The notes beneath the pieces were generated by a model. The model did no database searches. It worked only from the letters and a program-made list of their open reading frames with translations, and had not been told where the DNA came from. From an uncultured delta proteobacterium (GTDB taxonomy: Bacteria > Myxococcota > Myxococcia > Myxococcales > Myxococcaceae), in contig CAWCKH010000003.1 of the NCBI GenBank assembly GCA_963796055.1, positions 608,001 through 672,000 of the forward strand: 64,000 nucleotides of DNA, in the 5' to 3' direction. Positions 1-8,808 of this stretch are shown piece after piece. The number at the start of each line of letters is the position of its first letter. Within the stretch, counting starts at the first letter, position 1. The translations under genes and the position numbers were made by a program.

Positions 1-640
1 TGTAGGTCAGGTAGTAGGTGAGGAGCGCCGTCAGGTTCGCGGCGTTCATCGGGCAGGCCGAGAGGTTGATCAGGTTCTTCACCCCGGGGACCGCGTCGGC
101 GACCCCCAGCGCGCCGGTGGGGTTCGGTGACGCGGCCGGGAGCCCGCCGTAGGTGGCGCAGGTCCCGGCGGCGATGGTGGCCGCCGCCTTGCCGCAGACC
201 TCCCGGGCGATGTCCAGCGCCGAGCGCCCGCCGATGGTGCAGTACGCGCCGTCCGCGCCGGTGGGGATGCTCCCCTCCACCACCGCGATGAACTGACCGG
301 CGTTGTCCTTCACCACGCCCTTCAGCGCCTCCTCGGCCTGGAAACCCGCCGCGGCCATGATCGTCTCGTGGTAGTCCACGCTGAGGAGGTCGAGGACGAT
401 CTCCGCCACCGTCGGCGCGCTCGAGCGCAGGAACGACTCGGTGTTGCCGGCACAATCCTGGAACTCGAGCCACACCAGGATGGGCTTCTTGGCCTTGGTG
501 AGCGCGTTGGCGATCTGCGTCGCCGCGGAGGCAGGTAGACCGAACGTGCCCGCGACCCCGGCGCAGAACAAGAGCAACTCCCGGCGACTGACTCCGCGGC
601 GCCGGAGCTCTCGGGCCAGCCAGCCTTCGCGACTCCTCAT
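1..640 (-). CDS. [NiFe]-hydrogenase small subunit, group 1 type, Tat-exported (3' part outside window)
   Basis: Not in the ORF track; read by hand from ATG at 640 (SD GGAGG): MRSREGWLARELRRRGVSRRELLLFC (Tat motif)...VWLEFQDCAGNTESFLRS...DYHETIMAAAG...VEGSIP...YCTIGG...GTCATYGG...PNPTGA...NLSACP. Confidence 0.93.
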   Translation of the reverse strand, partial: MRSREGWLARELRRRGVSRRELLLFCAGVAGTFGLPASAATQIANALTKAKKPILVWLEFQDCAGNTESFLRSSAPTVAEIVLDLLSVDYHETIMAAAGFQAEEALKGVVKDNAGQFIAVVEGSIPTGADGAYCTIGGRSALDIAREVCGKAAATIAAGTCATYGGLPAASPNPTGALGVADAVPGVKNLINLSACPMNAANLTALLTYYLTY

Positions 641-710
641 GACAACCTCCGTCTCGGGCGTACGGCCAGCGCTCATCTCGAAGGCTCGACGCCGCGGCGC
701 CCGGGGGGCG

Positions 711-726
711 TGCAAGAGGCAAGCCT
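711..726 (-). promoter_or_regulatory. Candidate sigma-54 (-24/-12) promoter of the hydrogenase structural genes
   Basis: Minus strand reads AGGCTTGCCTCTTGCA (GG-N10-GC with TTGC), about 70 nt upstream of the ATG. Confidence 0.45.
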
Positions 727-1019
727 CGGCGGCCTCCGAGTACAGACGCCCGGCAGCGGGGCAGGACCTGCGTAGGTCTTCCGGAGTGGACGCAACCCTT
801 GCGTTCCGAACGATGCGCCCGTGCCGGACCTTCCCATCAGTTCCGATGATGTCGCGCCGCGCCGGTCCCGCGCGCACCGACGGACCGGTCCAGGGACCGC
901 TTCGGTTGGCGTACGATGCCGCGCTCGTGCGCCGTCCCCGTGACGTGGGTGTCCGCTCGACGCCGAGCAGGAACCTCTCCGGACCGAGACCCGTCGCCGT
1001 TGCCGGGCGGGGCGCGCGG

Positions 1020-1865
1020 TCACTCCGCTCCGGGAAAGCGCGGAGGCCGCCGGGCGAAGAAGGCGTCGATGCCCTCGGTGAACTCCGGCGAGTCCGCGCT
1101 CCGGATGAGCGCCTCCAGCTCCCGGTCGAGGTGCACGTCCAGCCGGTCCACTCCCAGGGCGTCGTTGAACAGCTGCTTGGCGGCGGCGAACGCTCCGGCG
1201 GGACCCGCAGCGACGCGCCGGGCCACGACCTCCACCTCGGTGTCGAACGCCGCGACGGGAAAGACGCCGTTCACCAGCCCCGCGCTCCTGGCCGCTGCCG
1301 CATCGAGCCGCGGGTTCAAGAGCACCATCTCTGCGGCGAAGCGCAGCCCCACCAGCCGGGGGACGAAGAAGGTCGAGCTCTCCGCGCCGCTCAGGCCGGT
1401 CTTGGCGTAGGCCCACTCGAAGGTGGCCCGCTCGGAGGCGAGGACCAGGTCGCAGGACATGGCCAACCCGAGCCCTCCCGCCGCGCAGGCGCCGTCCACC
1501 GCGGCGATGAACGGCTTCGGCGCGCGGCGGATCTCCGAGATGGTGGAGTGGAGGTACTCGAGGATCTGCTTGAAGATCTCCCCCGGGCCGAGCGGGACGG
1601 CCCGCGCGCCAGGCGTCAGGTAGGCCAGCTCGGCCGGGTCGCCGCCGGCGCGGATGTACTTGAGGTCCGCCCCGCTGCAGAAGATGCCGGGCGCCCCGCG
1701 CAGCACCACCACCCGGACCGCGGGGTCCCGCGCCAGCTGGAGGCCGGCCTTCCGGAGGTCACGCGCGGTCGAGACGTCGAGCGAGTTGAAGCGCTGCGGC
1801 CGGTCGATGGTGAGGGTTCCGACGCCACGGTCGACGGCGGTCCGGATGTGAGTCGGCGCGGCCAC
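1020..1865 (-). CDS. Enoyl-CoA hydratase/isomerase (crotonase) family protein, possibly HypX C-domain-like
   Basis: FCSGADL, PKPFIAAVDGACAAGGLGLAMSCD and EGIDAFFARRPPRF motifs; starts 6 nt after the hypE stop. Confidence 0.88.
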   Translation of the reverse strand: MAAPTHIRTAVDRGVGTLTIDRPQRFNSLDVSTARDLRKAGLQLARDPAVRVVVLRGAPGIFCSGADLKYIRAGGDPAELAYLTPGARAVPLGPGEIFKQILEYLHSTISEIRRAPKPFIAAVDGACAAGGLGLAMSCDLVLASERATFEWAYAKTGLSGAESSTFFVPRLVGLRFAAEMVLLNPRLDAAAARSAGLVNGVFPVAAFDTEVEVVARRVAAGPAGAFAAAKQLFNDALGVDRLDVHLDRELEALIRSADSPEFTEGIDAFFARRPPRFPGAE

Positions 1866-1871
1866 GGGCCC

Positions 1872-2906
1872 TCAGCAGATCCGCGGCATCGGCTCGCCCT
1901 CGGGCTCGGCGAGGAGCCGCCGTCCGAGGCCGGTGTCGAGCACGATGCGCCCCTTCTGCTCGGCGATGCAGGTGCCCACCACCGCGGCGCGCCGGCCCAG
2001 GGGGTGCCGGTCCAGGGCGGCCATCACCCGGTCCAGCGCCTCGGGGCGAACGCCGATCACCGCCTTGCCCTCGTTGGCCACGTGCAGCGGGTCGATGCCG
2101 AGGATCTCCGAGGCGGCGCGCACCTCGTCGGAGAGCGGCACCGCCTGCTCCTCGAGGAGGATGCCCACCCCGCTCTTCTCCGCCATCTCGTGGAGGGCGC
2201 TGGAGAGCCCTCCGCGCGTCGGGTCCTTCATCGCCACCACGCCGTCGCCGGCGGCCCGGAGCACCTCCCGGACCAGCCCGTTGAGCGGGGCGACATCGGA
2301 TTTCAGATTCCCCTGGAGCTCCAGCTTCTGCCGCGCGGCCAGCACCGCGAAGCCATGGTCCCCCATGGTGCCGGTCACCACGATGCGGTCTCCGGGGCGG
2401 AGCCCGTTGTCGCGCACCAGCCGGTCGGTGAGGGCCACGCCGGTGGTGTTGAGGACCAGGCCGTCCAGCTCGCCCCGGCCCATCACCTTGGTGTCGCCGG
2501 TGACGACCGGCGCCCCGGCCTCGCGGGAGGTGTCCCGCATCGAGGCATGGATGCGCTCCAGCTCGGCGATGGGAAAGCCGTCCTCGATCACCACCGCGCA
2601 GGTGAGCCCCAGGACCTCGGTGGCCCCCATCATCGACAGGTCGTTCACCGTTCCAGAGATGGACAGCCGTCCCACGTCCCCGCCGGGGAAGAAGCGCGGG
2701 GCGACGATGTGCGAGTCGGTGGTGAGCACCAGCCAGCCGTCCTTGAGCGGGAAGGCGGCGCCGTCGTCCATCTCCGCCAGGCCCACCGAGCCGGGAGGCT
2801 GCTCGGCCCCCTCGGCGAACAGCTGCTCGATGAGCGCGCGCATCGCCCGGCCGCCGGCGCCGTGCTTGAGGCTCACCGTCGTCCCCAGCGGAAGGGTCGG
2901 TCTCAC
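1872..2906 (-). CDS. hypE: Hydrogenase maturation carbamoyl dehydratase HypE
   Basis: HGAGG, DDGA, TTDSH, FFPGGDVG, GTVNDL, TGDTKV, KDPTRGG, ANEG and C-terminal PRIC; GTG overlaps the hypD TGA. Confidence 0.96.
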   Translation of the reverse strand: MRPTLPLGTTVSLKHGAGGRAMRALIEQLFAEGAEQPPGSVGLAEMDDGAAFPLKDGWLVLTTDSHIVAPRFFPGGDVGRLSISGTVNDLSMMGATEVLGLTCAVVIEDGFPIAELERIHASMRDTSREAGAPVVTGDTKVMGRGELDGLVLNTTGVALTDRLVRDNGLRPGDRIVVTGTMGDHGFAVLAARQKLELQGNLKSDVAPLNGLVREVLRAAGDGVVAMKDPTRGGLSSALHEMAEKSGVGILLEEQAVPLSDEVRAASEILGIDPLHVANEGKAVIGVRPEALDRVMAALDRHPLGRRAAVVGTCIAEQKGRIVLDTGLGRRLLAEPEGEPMPRIC

Positions 2907-4057
2907 GGCGCGCCTCCCACGGCCACCTGGCGGAGCTGCGGATGTCCGCCGTACTGGTGCCAGATGCGGCAGGTGCCCTCGCTGGACACCATGCAGGCGC
3001 CCACCGGCGTCTCCGGCTGGCACTCCTTGCCGAACAGCGGGCAGGCGGTGGGCGACTGCAGGCCGGACATGATCTCGCCGCAGATGCAGCGCTGGACCAG
3101 CGCCGGCGGGGCGAAGTCCCACAGCGCCTTGACGTCGATCTCGAAGCGGCGCCTGGCGTCGAGGTGCGCCCAGGAATCTTGAAGCCGGAGGTTGCCGTTG
3201 GGCACGTGGGCGATGCCCCGCCAGCGCCCGCCCAGGGGACGGAACACCTTCCACAGCTGCTCCTGCGCCGCGACGTTCCCCTCCCGCGTCACGCAGCGGG
3301 GGTAGAGGTTCTCCACCGTCGGGGTGCCGTCGCGGATCAGCTCCACCAGCCGCAGCAGGCCGGCGAGGATGTCCAGCGGCTCGAACCCCGCCACCACCAC
3401 CGGCAGCCGGTGCCGCTCGACGAACGGCTCGAACACCCCGGACCCGGTGATGGTCGCTGCGTGACCCGCGGCGAGGAACCCCTCCACCCGGCTGCCGGGC
3501 ATCTCGGCGACGATCTCCATCACCGGCGGGATGTACTTGTGGGCCGAGAGGACCGAAAAGTTCCTCGGTGGCCCGCGGAGGATCTCCGCCGCGGTGGCCA
3601 CGGCGGTGGTCTCGAACCCGGTGGCGAAGAACACCACCTCCTCCTCGGTCTGCCGGGCGAGCTCCACCGCCTGCGAGACCCCGTAGACGATGTCCACCTT
3701 CGCCCCGGCCGCCCGGGCATCGGCCAGCGAGCCCGCCGAGCCGGGCACCCGGAGCATGTCCCCGTAGGTGGCCACCCGCACGCCCTGGCGCGCCAGGGCC
3801 ACCCCCTCGTCCACCTCGGGCACGTCGGTGATGCACACCGGGCACCCGGGGCCCATGATCACGTCCAGCGCGGGCGGGAACGCCGCGCGCAGACCGAACC
3901 GGGCGATGGCCTGCTCGTGGCTGCCGCACACGTGCATCACCGAGACCGGCTCGCGGCCGATCTCCCGGGTCACCTTCTCGATGGCGGCCCCGAGCGCCCG
4001 GGCGGCCATGGGGTCGCGGAACTTGAGCTGGGCGGCGTCGGCGGCCGGGGTGCTCAC
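2903..4057 (-). CDS. hypD: Hydrogenase maturation protein HypD
   Basis: MHVCGSHE, GPGCPVC, GFETT, GFEPLD, CPLFGKEC and GACMVSSEGTC motifs. Confidence 0.97.
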   Translation of the reverse strand: MSTPAADAAQLKFRDPMAARALGAAIEKVTREIGREPVSVMHVCGSHEQAIARFGLRAAFPPALDVIMGPGCPVCITDVPEVDEGVALARQGVRVATYGDMLRVPGSAGSLADARAAGAKVDIVYGVSQAVELARQTEEEVVFFATGFETTAVATAAEILRGPPRNFSVLSAHKYIPPVMEIVAEMPGSRVEGFLAAGHAATITGSGVFEPFVERHRLPVVVAGFEPLDILAGLLRLVELIRDGTPTVENLYPRCVTREGNVAAQEQLWKVFRPLGGRWRGIAHVPNGNLRLQDSWAHLDARRRFEIDVKALWDFAPPALVQRCICGEIMSGLQSPTACPLFGKECQPETPVGACMVSSEGTCRIWHQYGGHPQLRQVAVGGAP

Positions 4058-4341
4058 GGCTTGCTCCGGTGGGCCGCGTCCAGCTCACCCCGGACGTCGG
4101 CGGCCATGAGGTCGCCGGGAGCCTCCTTCGCCAGGAGCTCGGAGTAGAGGGCCAGGGTGTCCTCGGCCTCGCTGGCCGGGATGCGGCGGATGGCGAACCC
4201 CACGTGGTTCAGCACGTAGTCGCCGGGAGCCACTGGCGCGTCCACCACGTCGAGCCGGACCTGCTTCCGCAGGCCCCAGAAGTCCACCGTGGCGACGAGC
4301 CCATCGACCTCCACCACCCGACCTGGCACTCCGAGGCACAT
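4054..4341 (-). CDS. hypC: Hydrogenase maturation chaperone HypC
   Basis: N-terminal MCLGVPG and GDYVLNHVGFAI. Confidence 0.96.
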   Translation of the reverse strand: MCLGVPGRVVEVDGLVATVDFWGLRKQVRLDVVDAPVAPGDYVLNHVGFAIRRIPASEAEDTLALYSELLAKEAPGDLMAADVRGELDAAHRSKP

Positions 4342-4353
4342 TGACGTCTCCTG

Positions 4354-6624
4354 TCATCCGCGGGTGGTCGCGTCGGCCACCATCACCTGGCCCAGCGCGA
4401 TGCCACCGTCTCCCGGCGGGACCTGCCGGTGCAGGTACACCGCGCAGTCCGGGTCCAGCGCTGCCTTCAGGCCCTCCGCGAGCCGGGCGTTCTGGAAGCA
4501 GCCCCCGGTCAGGACGACGGGGAAATCGCCCGCGCGGTCGCGCACCAGCCCGACCAGGGTCGCGGTGGCGTGCACCAGCGTGTCGTGGAACTTCGCCGCC
4601 AGCCGCGCGGCGGGCACGCCCCCCAGGTGCTCCTCGATGAGCGCCCGCACCATCGCCCGGAAATCGAGCTCCAGCACCGACCCGCGGGTGTCGATCCCGA
4701 ACGGGTACCGTCCGTGCCCCCCGGCGTCGGCCGCCAGGTTCCAGGCCAGCGCGACCTCGCCCTCGTAGCGTGCTCTGCCCTTTCCCAGGACCAGCGCTCC
4801 GAGCCCGTCGAACAGCCGTCCCATCCCGTGCGCCTTCGGCGCGTTGATGCCCAGGGTCAGCGCCTGGCGCACCAGCACCACGGCGTCCTCCGGGATGGCG
4901 GGAAAGTTCCACAGGCCGGGTGGGTCGCCGTCGTAGGCGTCGAGCAGGAGCGCCAGCCCGATGCGCCAGGGCTCGTGGATGGCGCGCTCACCGCCGGCCA
5001 GCGCGACCGGGCGCAAGGTCGCGCAGCGCTGGAAGGCGGTCGCCGAGGCGACCAGGATCTCCCCGCCCCAGGCGGTCCCGTCGGTGCCGTAGCCCGTCCC
5101 GTCGAACGCCACCCCGATGACCGGCCCGTCCAGGCGGTGCTCGGCCAGGGCACTGGCCACGTGCGCGTGGTGGTGCTGCACCGCGACCTTCACCGGCTCG
5201 GGCCGGTCCAGCGCGTACCGGGTGGAGGCGTAGTCGGGGTGCAGGTCGTAGGCGATGACCTCCGGCCGGCAGCCGAGGAAGCGCTGCATCCGGTCGATCG
5301 ACTCCTCGTAGGAGCGGTGGACCTCCAGCTGGTCCAGGTCACCCACGTGGGGACCCAGCACCGCCACGTCCCCGGCGGCGAGGCAGAACGTGTTCTTCAG
5401 CTGCGCGCCGCACGCCAGCACCGGCCGGGCCACCGGGCGGGCAAGCGGGATGGGCCGGGGCACGTACCCCCGCGAGCGCCGGAGCAGCACCGGTGCACCC
5501 GCCACCACCCGGGTGACCGAATCGTCGCAGCGGGTGACGATCGGCCGATCGTGGGTGAGGAAGAGGTCGGCGACGTCCCGGAGGCGGTTCAGCGCCTCGG
5601 GCTCCTCGAAGACGATGGGTTCGTCGGAGAGGTTGCCGGAGGTCATCACCAGCGGCCGCTCCACCTCGGCGAGCAGCAGATGGTGCAGCGGCGTGTAGGG
5701 CAGCATCAGGCCGAGGAGCGGGTTGTCGGGCGCGATCTCGGGCGCCACTGGCCGCCCCGAGCTCTTGCGCGCGACGAGCACGATGGGCCGCTCCACCGTC
5801 TCCAGTAACTTCGCCTCGGCCTGGGAGAAGCTGGCCAGCTTCCGGGCCTCGCGGAGGTCGCGCACCATCACCGCGAACGGCTTGGCATCGCGCCGCTTCC
5901 GCTCCCGGAGCAGCTGCACCGCCTCGGACGAGGTGGCGTCCACCGCCAGGTGGTATCCGCCGAGCCCCTTCACCGCGACCACGTTCCCCGCCCGGAGCGC
6001 CGAGGCGACCTCGCGGATCGGATCCGCCGAGGTCAGGTCCCTCCCCCTCGAGTCGAGCAGCCGCAGCCGCGGGCCGCAGCGCGGACAGGCGTTGGGCTGG
6101 GCATGGAACCGCCGGTCCCTGGGATCGTCGTACTCGCGCTGGCAGGCCTCGCACATCACGAAGGCCGCCATCGAGGTGACCCGGCGGTCGTACGGCGCGT
6201 CCCGGGCGATGGTGAAGCGCGGGCCGCAGTCGGTGCAGTTGGTGAACGGGTAGCGGTACCGCCGGTTGGAGGAATCGAAGATCTCCGCCACGCACGCCGG
6301 GCAGGTCGCCAGATCCGCGGGGATCGACACCCGGCGCCCGGTCCCCGGGAGGCTGGGGGCGATGACGAATCCCTCCGTCGGCCGGGGAGGAATCTCCTTC
6401 CACTGGAGCGAGCGGATCTCCGCCGCCGGCGGAGGGTCCGACTGCAGCGCCCGCACTAGGCCGTCGAGTGCCGAGGGCTCGCCGAATGCCTCCACCGTCA
6501 CCCCGCCCACGTCGTTGCGGACCTGCCCGGCGATCCCCAGCTGGGTGGCGATCCGGTACACCCACGGACGGAAGCCCACCCCCTGGACCGTGCCTACCAC
6601 CTCGATGCGTCTGCCCTGCTGCAT
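4354..6624 (-). CDS. hypF: Carbamoyltransferase HypF
   Basis: Acylphosphatase domain GTVQGVGFRP, zinc fingers CPAC/NCTDCGPRF/CEAC/CPRC, KGLGGYH, DLHPDY, QHHHAH, DGTGYG, PPGDGG. Confidence 0.97.
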   Translation of the reverse strand: MQQGRRIEVVGTVQGVGFRPWVYRIATQLGIAGQVRNDVGGVTVEAFGEPSALDGLVRALQSDPPPAAEIRSLQWKEIPPRPTEGFVIAPSLPGTGRRVSIPADLATCPACVAEIFDSSNRRYRYPFTNCTDCGPRFTIARDAPYDRRVTSMAAFVMCEACQREYDDPRDRRFHAQPNACPRCGPRLRLLDSRGRDLTSADPIREVASALRAGNVVAVKGLGGYHLAVDATSSEAVQLLRERKRRDAKPFAVMVRDLREARKLASFSQAEAKLLETVERPIVLVARKSSGRPVAPEIAPDNPLLGLMLPYTPLHHLLLAEVERPLVMTSGNLSDEPIVFEEPEALNRLRDVADLFLTHDRPIVTRCDDSVTRVVAGAPVLLRRSRGYVPRPIPLARPVARPVLACGAQLKNTFCLAAGDVAVLGPHVGDLDQLEVHRSYEESIDRMQRFLGCRPEVIAYDLHPDYASTRYALDRPEPVKVAVQHHHAHVASALAEHRLDGPVIGVAFDGTGYGTDGTAWGGEILVASATAFQRCATLRPVALAGGERAIHEPWRIGLALLLDAYDGDPPGLWNFPAIPEDAVVLVRQALTLGINAPKAHGMGRLFDGLGALVLGKGRARYEGEVALAWNLAADAGGHGRYPFGIDTRGSVLELDFRAMVRALIEEHLGGVPAARLAAKFHDTLVHATATLVGLVRDRAGDFPVVLTGGCFQNARLAEGLKAALDPDCAVYLHRQVPPGDGGIALGQVMVADATTRG

Positions 6625-6856
6625 GGCGGGCGGACCTCCGACTCCGAGCCGACGGTTCCGCTTCAGCAAGGGTCGAGCCACCGGCCCTCCCCGAGTCGAC
6701 GGCGTCTGGCAGGCGCATGCACTGCGCCTCGGGCCCGGGGACCACGCAATGACTGCGGAGCGCGACAGCGGGGACCCGTGCGGACGCGGACTTGGCTCGA
6801 AGGGGACACCCGGAGCCGCGAAGGATGCGTTCGCGTCCCCCCAGAGCGAGCCCCGC

Positions 6857-8077
6857 TCACTCGTAACGAAGCGCGTCGATGGGATCGAGCCGGCTCGCCT
6901 TGCGCGCCGGGTACAGCCCGAAGACCACGCCCACCGCGCCGCTGAAGACCACCGCGAGGATCATCACGTCCCAGCGGAAGGCCACCGGCCAGTGGAACGC
7001 GGCGGTCAGCCAGCGCGCGGTCACCACGCCGGCGCTGATGCCCAGCAGGCCGCCCGCCACCGAGAGCACCACCGCCTCGCTGAGGAACTGCCGGAGGATG
7101 TCCCTGCCGCGGGCCCCGACCGCGATGCGGGTGCCGATCTCCCGGGTCCGCTCGGTCACGCTCACCAGCATGATGTTCATGATGCCGATGCCGCCGACCA
7201 GCAGCGACACCGCGGCGACGATGGCCAGGAACAGCGTCACCGTCCGGCTGCTCTCTTCCCGGGCGCTGGCCACCTCCGCGAGGTTGCGGATCTGGAAGTC
7301 GTCCTCGCTCGGGCCGCCGATCCGATGGCGGTCCCGGAGCAGGTCCGCCACCTGCCCCTCGGCCGTGGCGGCATTGGTCGCGCTGATGAAGATGGTGCCC
7401 TGGAGGAACTTGCCCAGCCCGCCCTGGATCTTCGCCTGGAAGGTGCTCCGGGGGATGAAGACCACGTCGTCCGAGTCCTGGCCGGTGGGGGTCTGGCCCT
7501 TGCGCCCTGCCACCGCCACCACCTGGAAGGGGATGTTGCGGATGCGCACCGTCTGGCCGACGGGGTTCGAGTTGGGGCCGAAGAGCTTCTCGGCGACCGT
7601 CGCCCCGAGCACCACCACCTTGGTTCCGATGTCCACGTCGGAGTCGGTGAAGCGGGTGCCGAGGGCCATGGGCCAGCTGCGGATCTCGAAGTAGTCCGGC
7701 TCGGTGCCGGCCACCTGGGTGGTCCAGTTCTGCTCCTCGCTCAGCACCTGCGAGGAGCTGCGGAGGTACGGCACGGCGTAGCGGACGGTGGGCACCTCGG
7801 CGCGGACGGCCCGGAGGTCGTCCCAGGTCAAGGTCGGCTGCGAGCCGAACCCGCCCCGCGCGCCGCCGGTGACCGAGGAGCCCGGGAGCACGACCAGCAG
7901 ATTGGTGCCCATGGAGGCGAAGGCCTCCTCGACCGCCGAGCGCGCGCCCTCCCCGATGGCCACCGTGGCCACCACCGCCCCCACCCCGAAGATCATCCCC
8001 AGGGTGGTGAGGAAGGAGCGGAGCTTGTTCCGGAGCAGCGCCCGGATCGCCACCCGCAGCGTCTCCAGCTCGCTCAT
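6857..8077 (-). CDS. MacB-family ABC transporter permease
   Basis: NKLRSFLTTLG, GGIGIMNIMLVSVTERTREIG, PARKASRLDPIDALRYE. Confidence 0.93.
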   Translation of the reverse strand: MSELETLRVAIRALLRNKLRSFLTTLGMIFGVGAVVATVAIGEGARSAVEEAFASMGTNLLVVLPGSSVTGGARGGFGSQPTLTWDDLRAVRAEVPTVRYAVPYLRSSSQVLSEEQNWTTQVAGTEPDYFEIRSWPMALGTRFTDSDVDIGTKVVVLGATVAEKLFGPNSNPVGQTVRIRNIPFQVVAVAGRKGQTPTGQDSDDVVFIPRSTFQAKIQGGLGKFLQGTIFISATNAATAEGQVADLLRDRHRIGGPSEDDFQIRNLAEVASAREESSRTVTLFLAIVAAVSLLVGGIGIMNIMLVSVTERTREIGTRIAVGARGRDILRQFLSEAVVLSVAGGLLGISAGVVTARWLTAAFHWPVAFRWDVMILAVVFSGAVGVVFGLYPARKASRLDPIDALRYE

Positions 8078-8808
8078 CCCGCCTCCTCCTCCGGGAGAGC
8101 CGACGGGTCGGCGCGGGCAGGGGCCTGCCGCCGGTCGCTCGCGATGTGCCCGTCGCGAACCACCACCACCCGGCCGACGAAGGTGGCGATGTCCGGCTCG
8201 TGGGTGACCAGGACGATGGTGATGCCGCTGCGCCCCAGCTCCTGGAAGAGCGCCATCACCTCCAGGCTGGTCCGCGAGTCGAGGTTCCCGGTGGGCTCGT
8301 CGGCGAGGATGACCTTCGGCTGGCTGACCAGCGCCCGGGCAATGGCCACCCGCTGCTGCTGCCCGCCCGAGAGGCGGTTCGGAGTGTGGTCCAGCCGATC
8401 GCCCAGCCCCACCCGCTCCAGCGCCTCGGCCGCACGCCGCCGCCGCTCGGCCCGGCCGAGGCCCGCGTACAGGAGCGGCAGCTCGACGTTCTCGATGGCC
8501 GAGGTCCGGTTCAGGAGGTTGAAGCTCTGGAACACGAACCCCAGCATCCGGTTCCGGATCCGGGCCAGGGCGTCCCGGTCGAGCGGGGCCACGTCCCGGC
8601 TGTCGAGCAGGTAGCGCCCGGTGGTGGGCCGGTCGAGGCAGCCGAGGATGTTCATCAGGGTCGACTTTCCGCTGCCGGACGGCCCGCGGATGGCGATGAA
8701 CTCGCCGGTGGCGATCTCCAGGCTCACCCCGCGCAGCGCGCGCACCTCCACGTCCCCCATGCGGAAGACCTTGGTGACGTCCTGGACGGCGATCAGCGGA
8801 CTGGCCAT
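8074..8808 (-). CDS. ABC transporter ATP-binding protein (LolD/MacB type)
   Basis: Walker A GPSGSGKS, signature LSGGQQQR, ILADEPTGNLD, VTH. Confidence 0.95.
   Translation of the reverse strand: MASPLIAVQDVTKVFRMGDVEVRALRGVSLEIATGEFIAIRGPSGSGKSTLMNILGCLDRPTTGRYLLDSRDVAPLDRDALARIRNRMLGFVFQSFNLLNRTSAIENVELPLLYAGLGRAERRRRAAEALERVGLGDRLDHTPNRLSGGQQQRVAIARALVSQPKVILADEPTGNLDSRTSLEVMALFQELGRSGITIVLVTHEPDIATFVGRVVVVRDGHIASDRRQAPARADPSALPEEEAG

Noticed and set aside
441..3182. 913-aa plus-strand ORF and many other long antisense or alternate-frame ORFs (e.g. 11871-15350, 16825-19569, 41507-45922)
   Set aside because: Shadow ORFs typical of high-GC DNA; they overlap well-supported genes and show no recognisable motifs.
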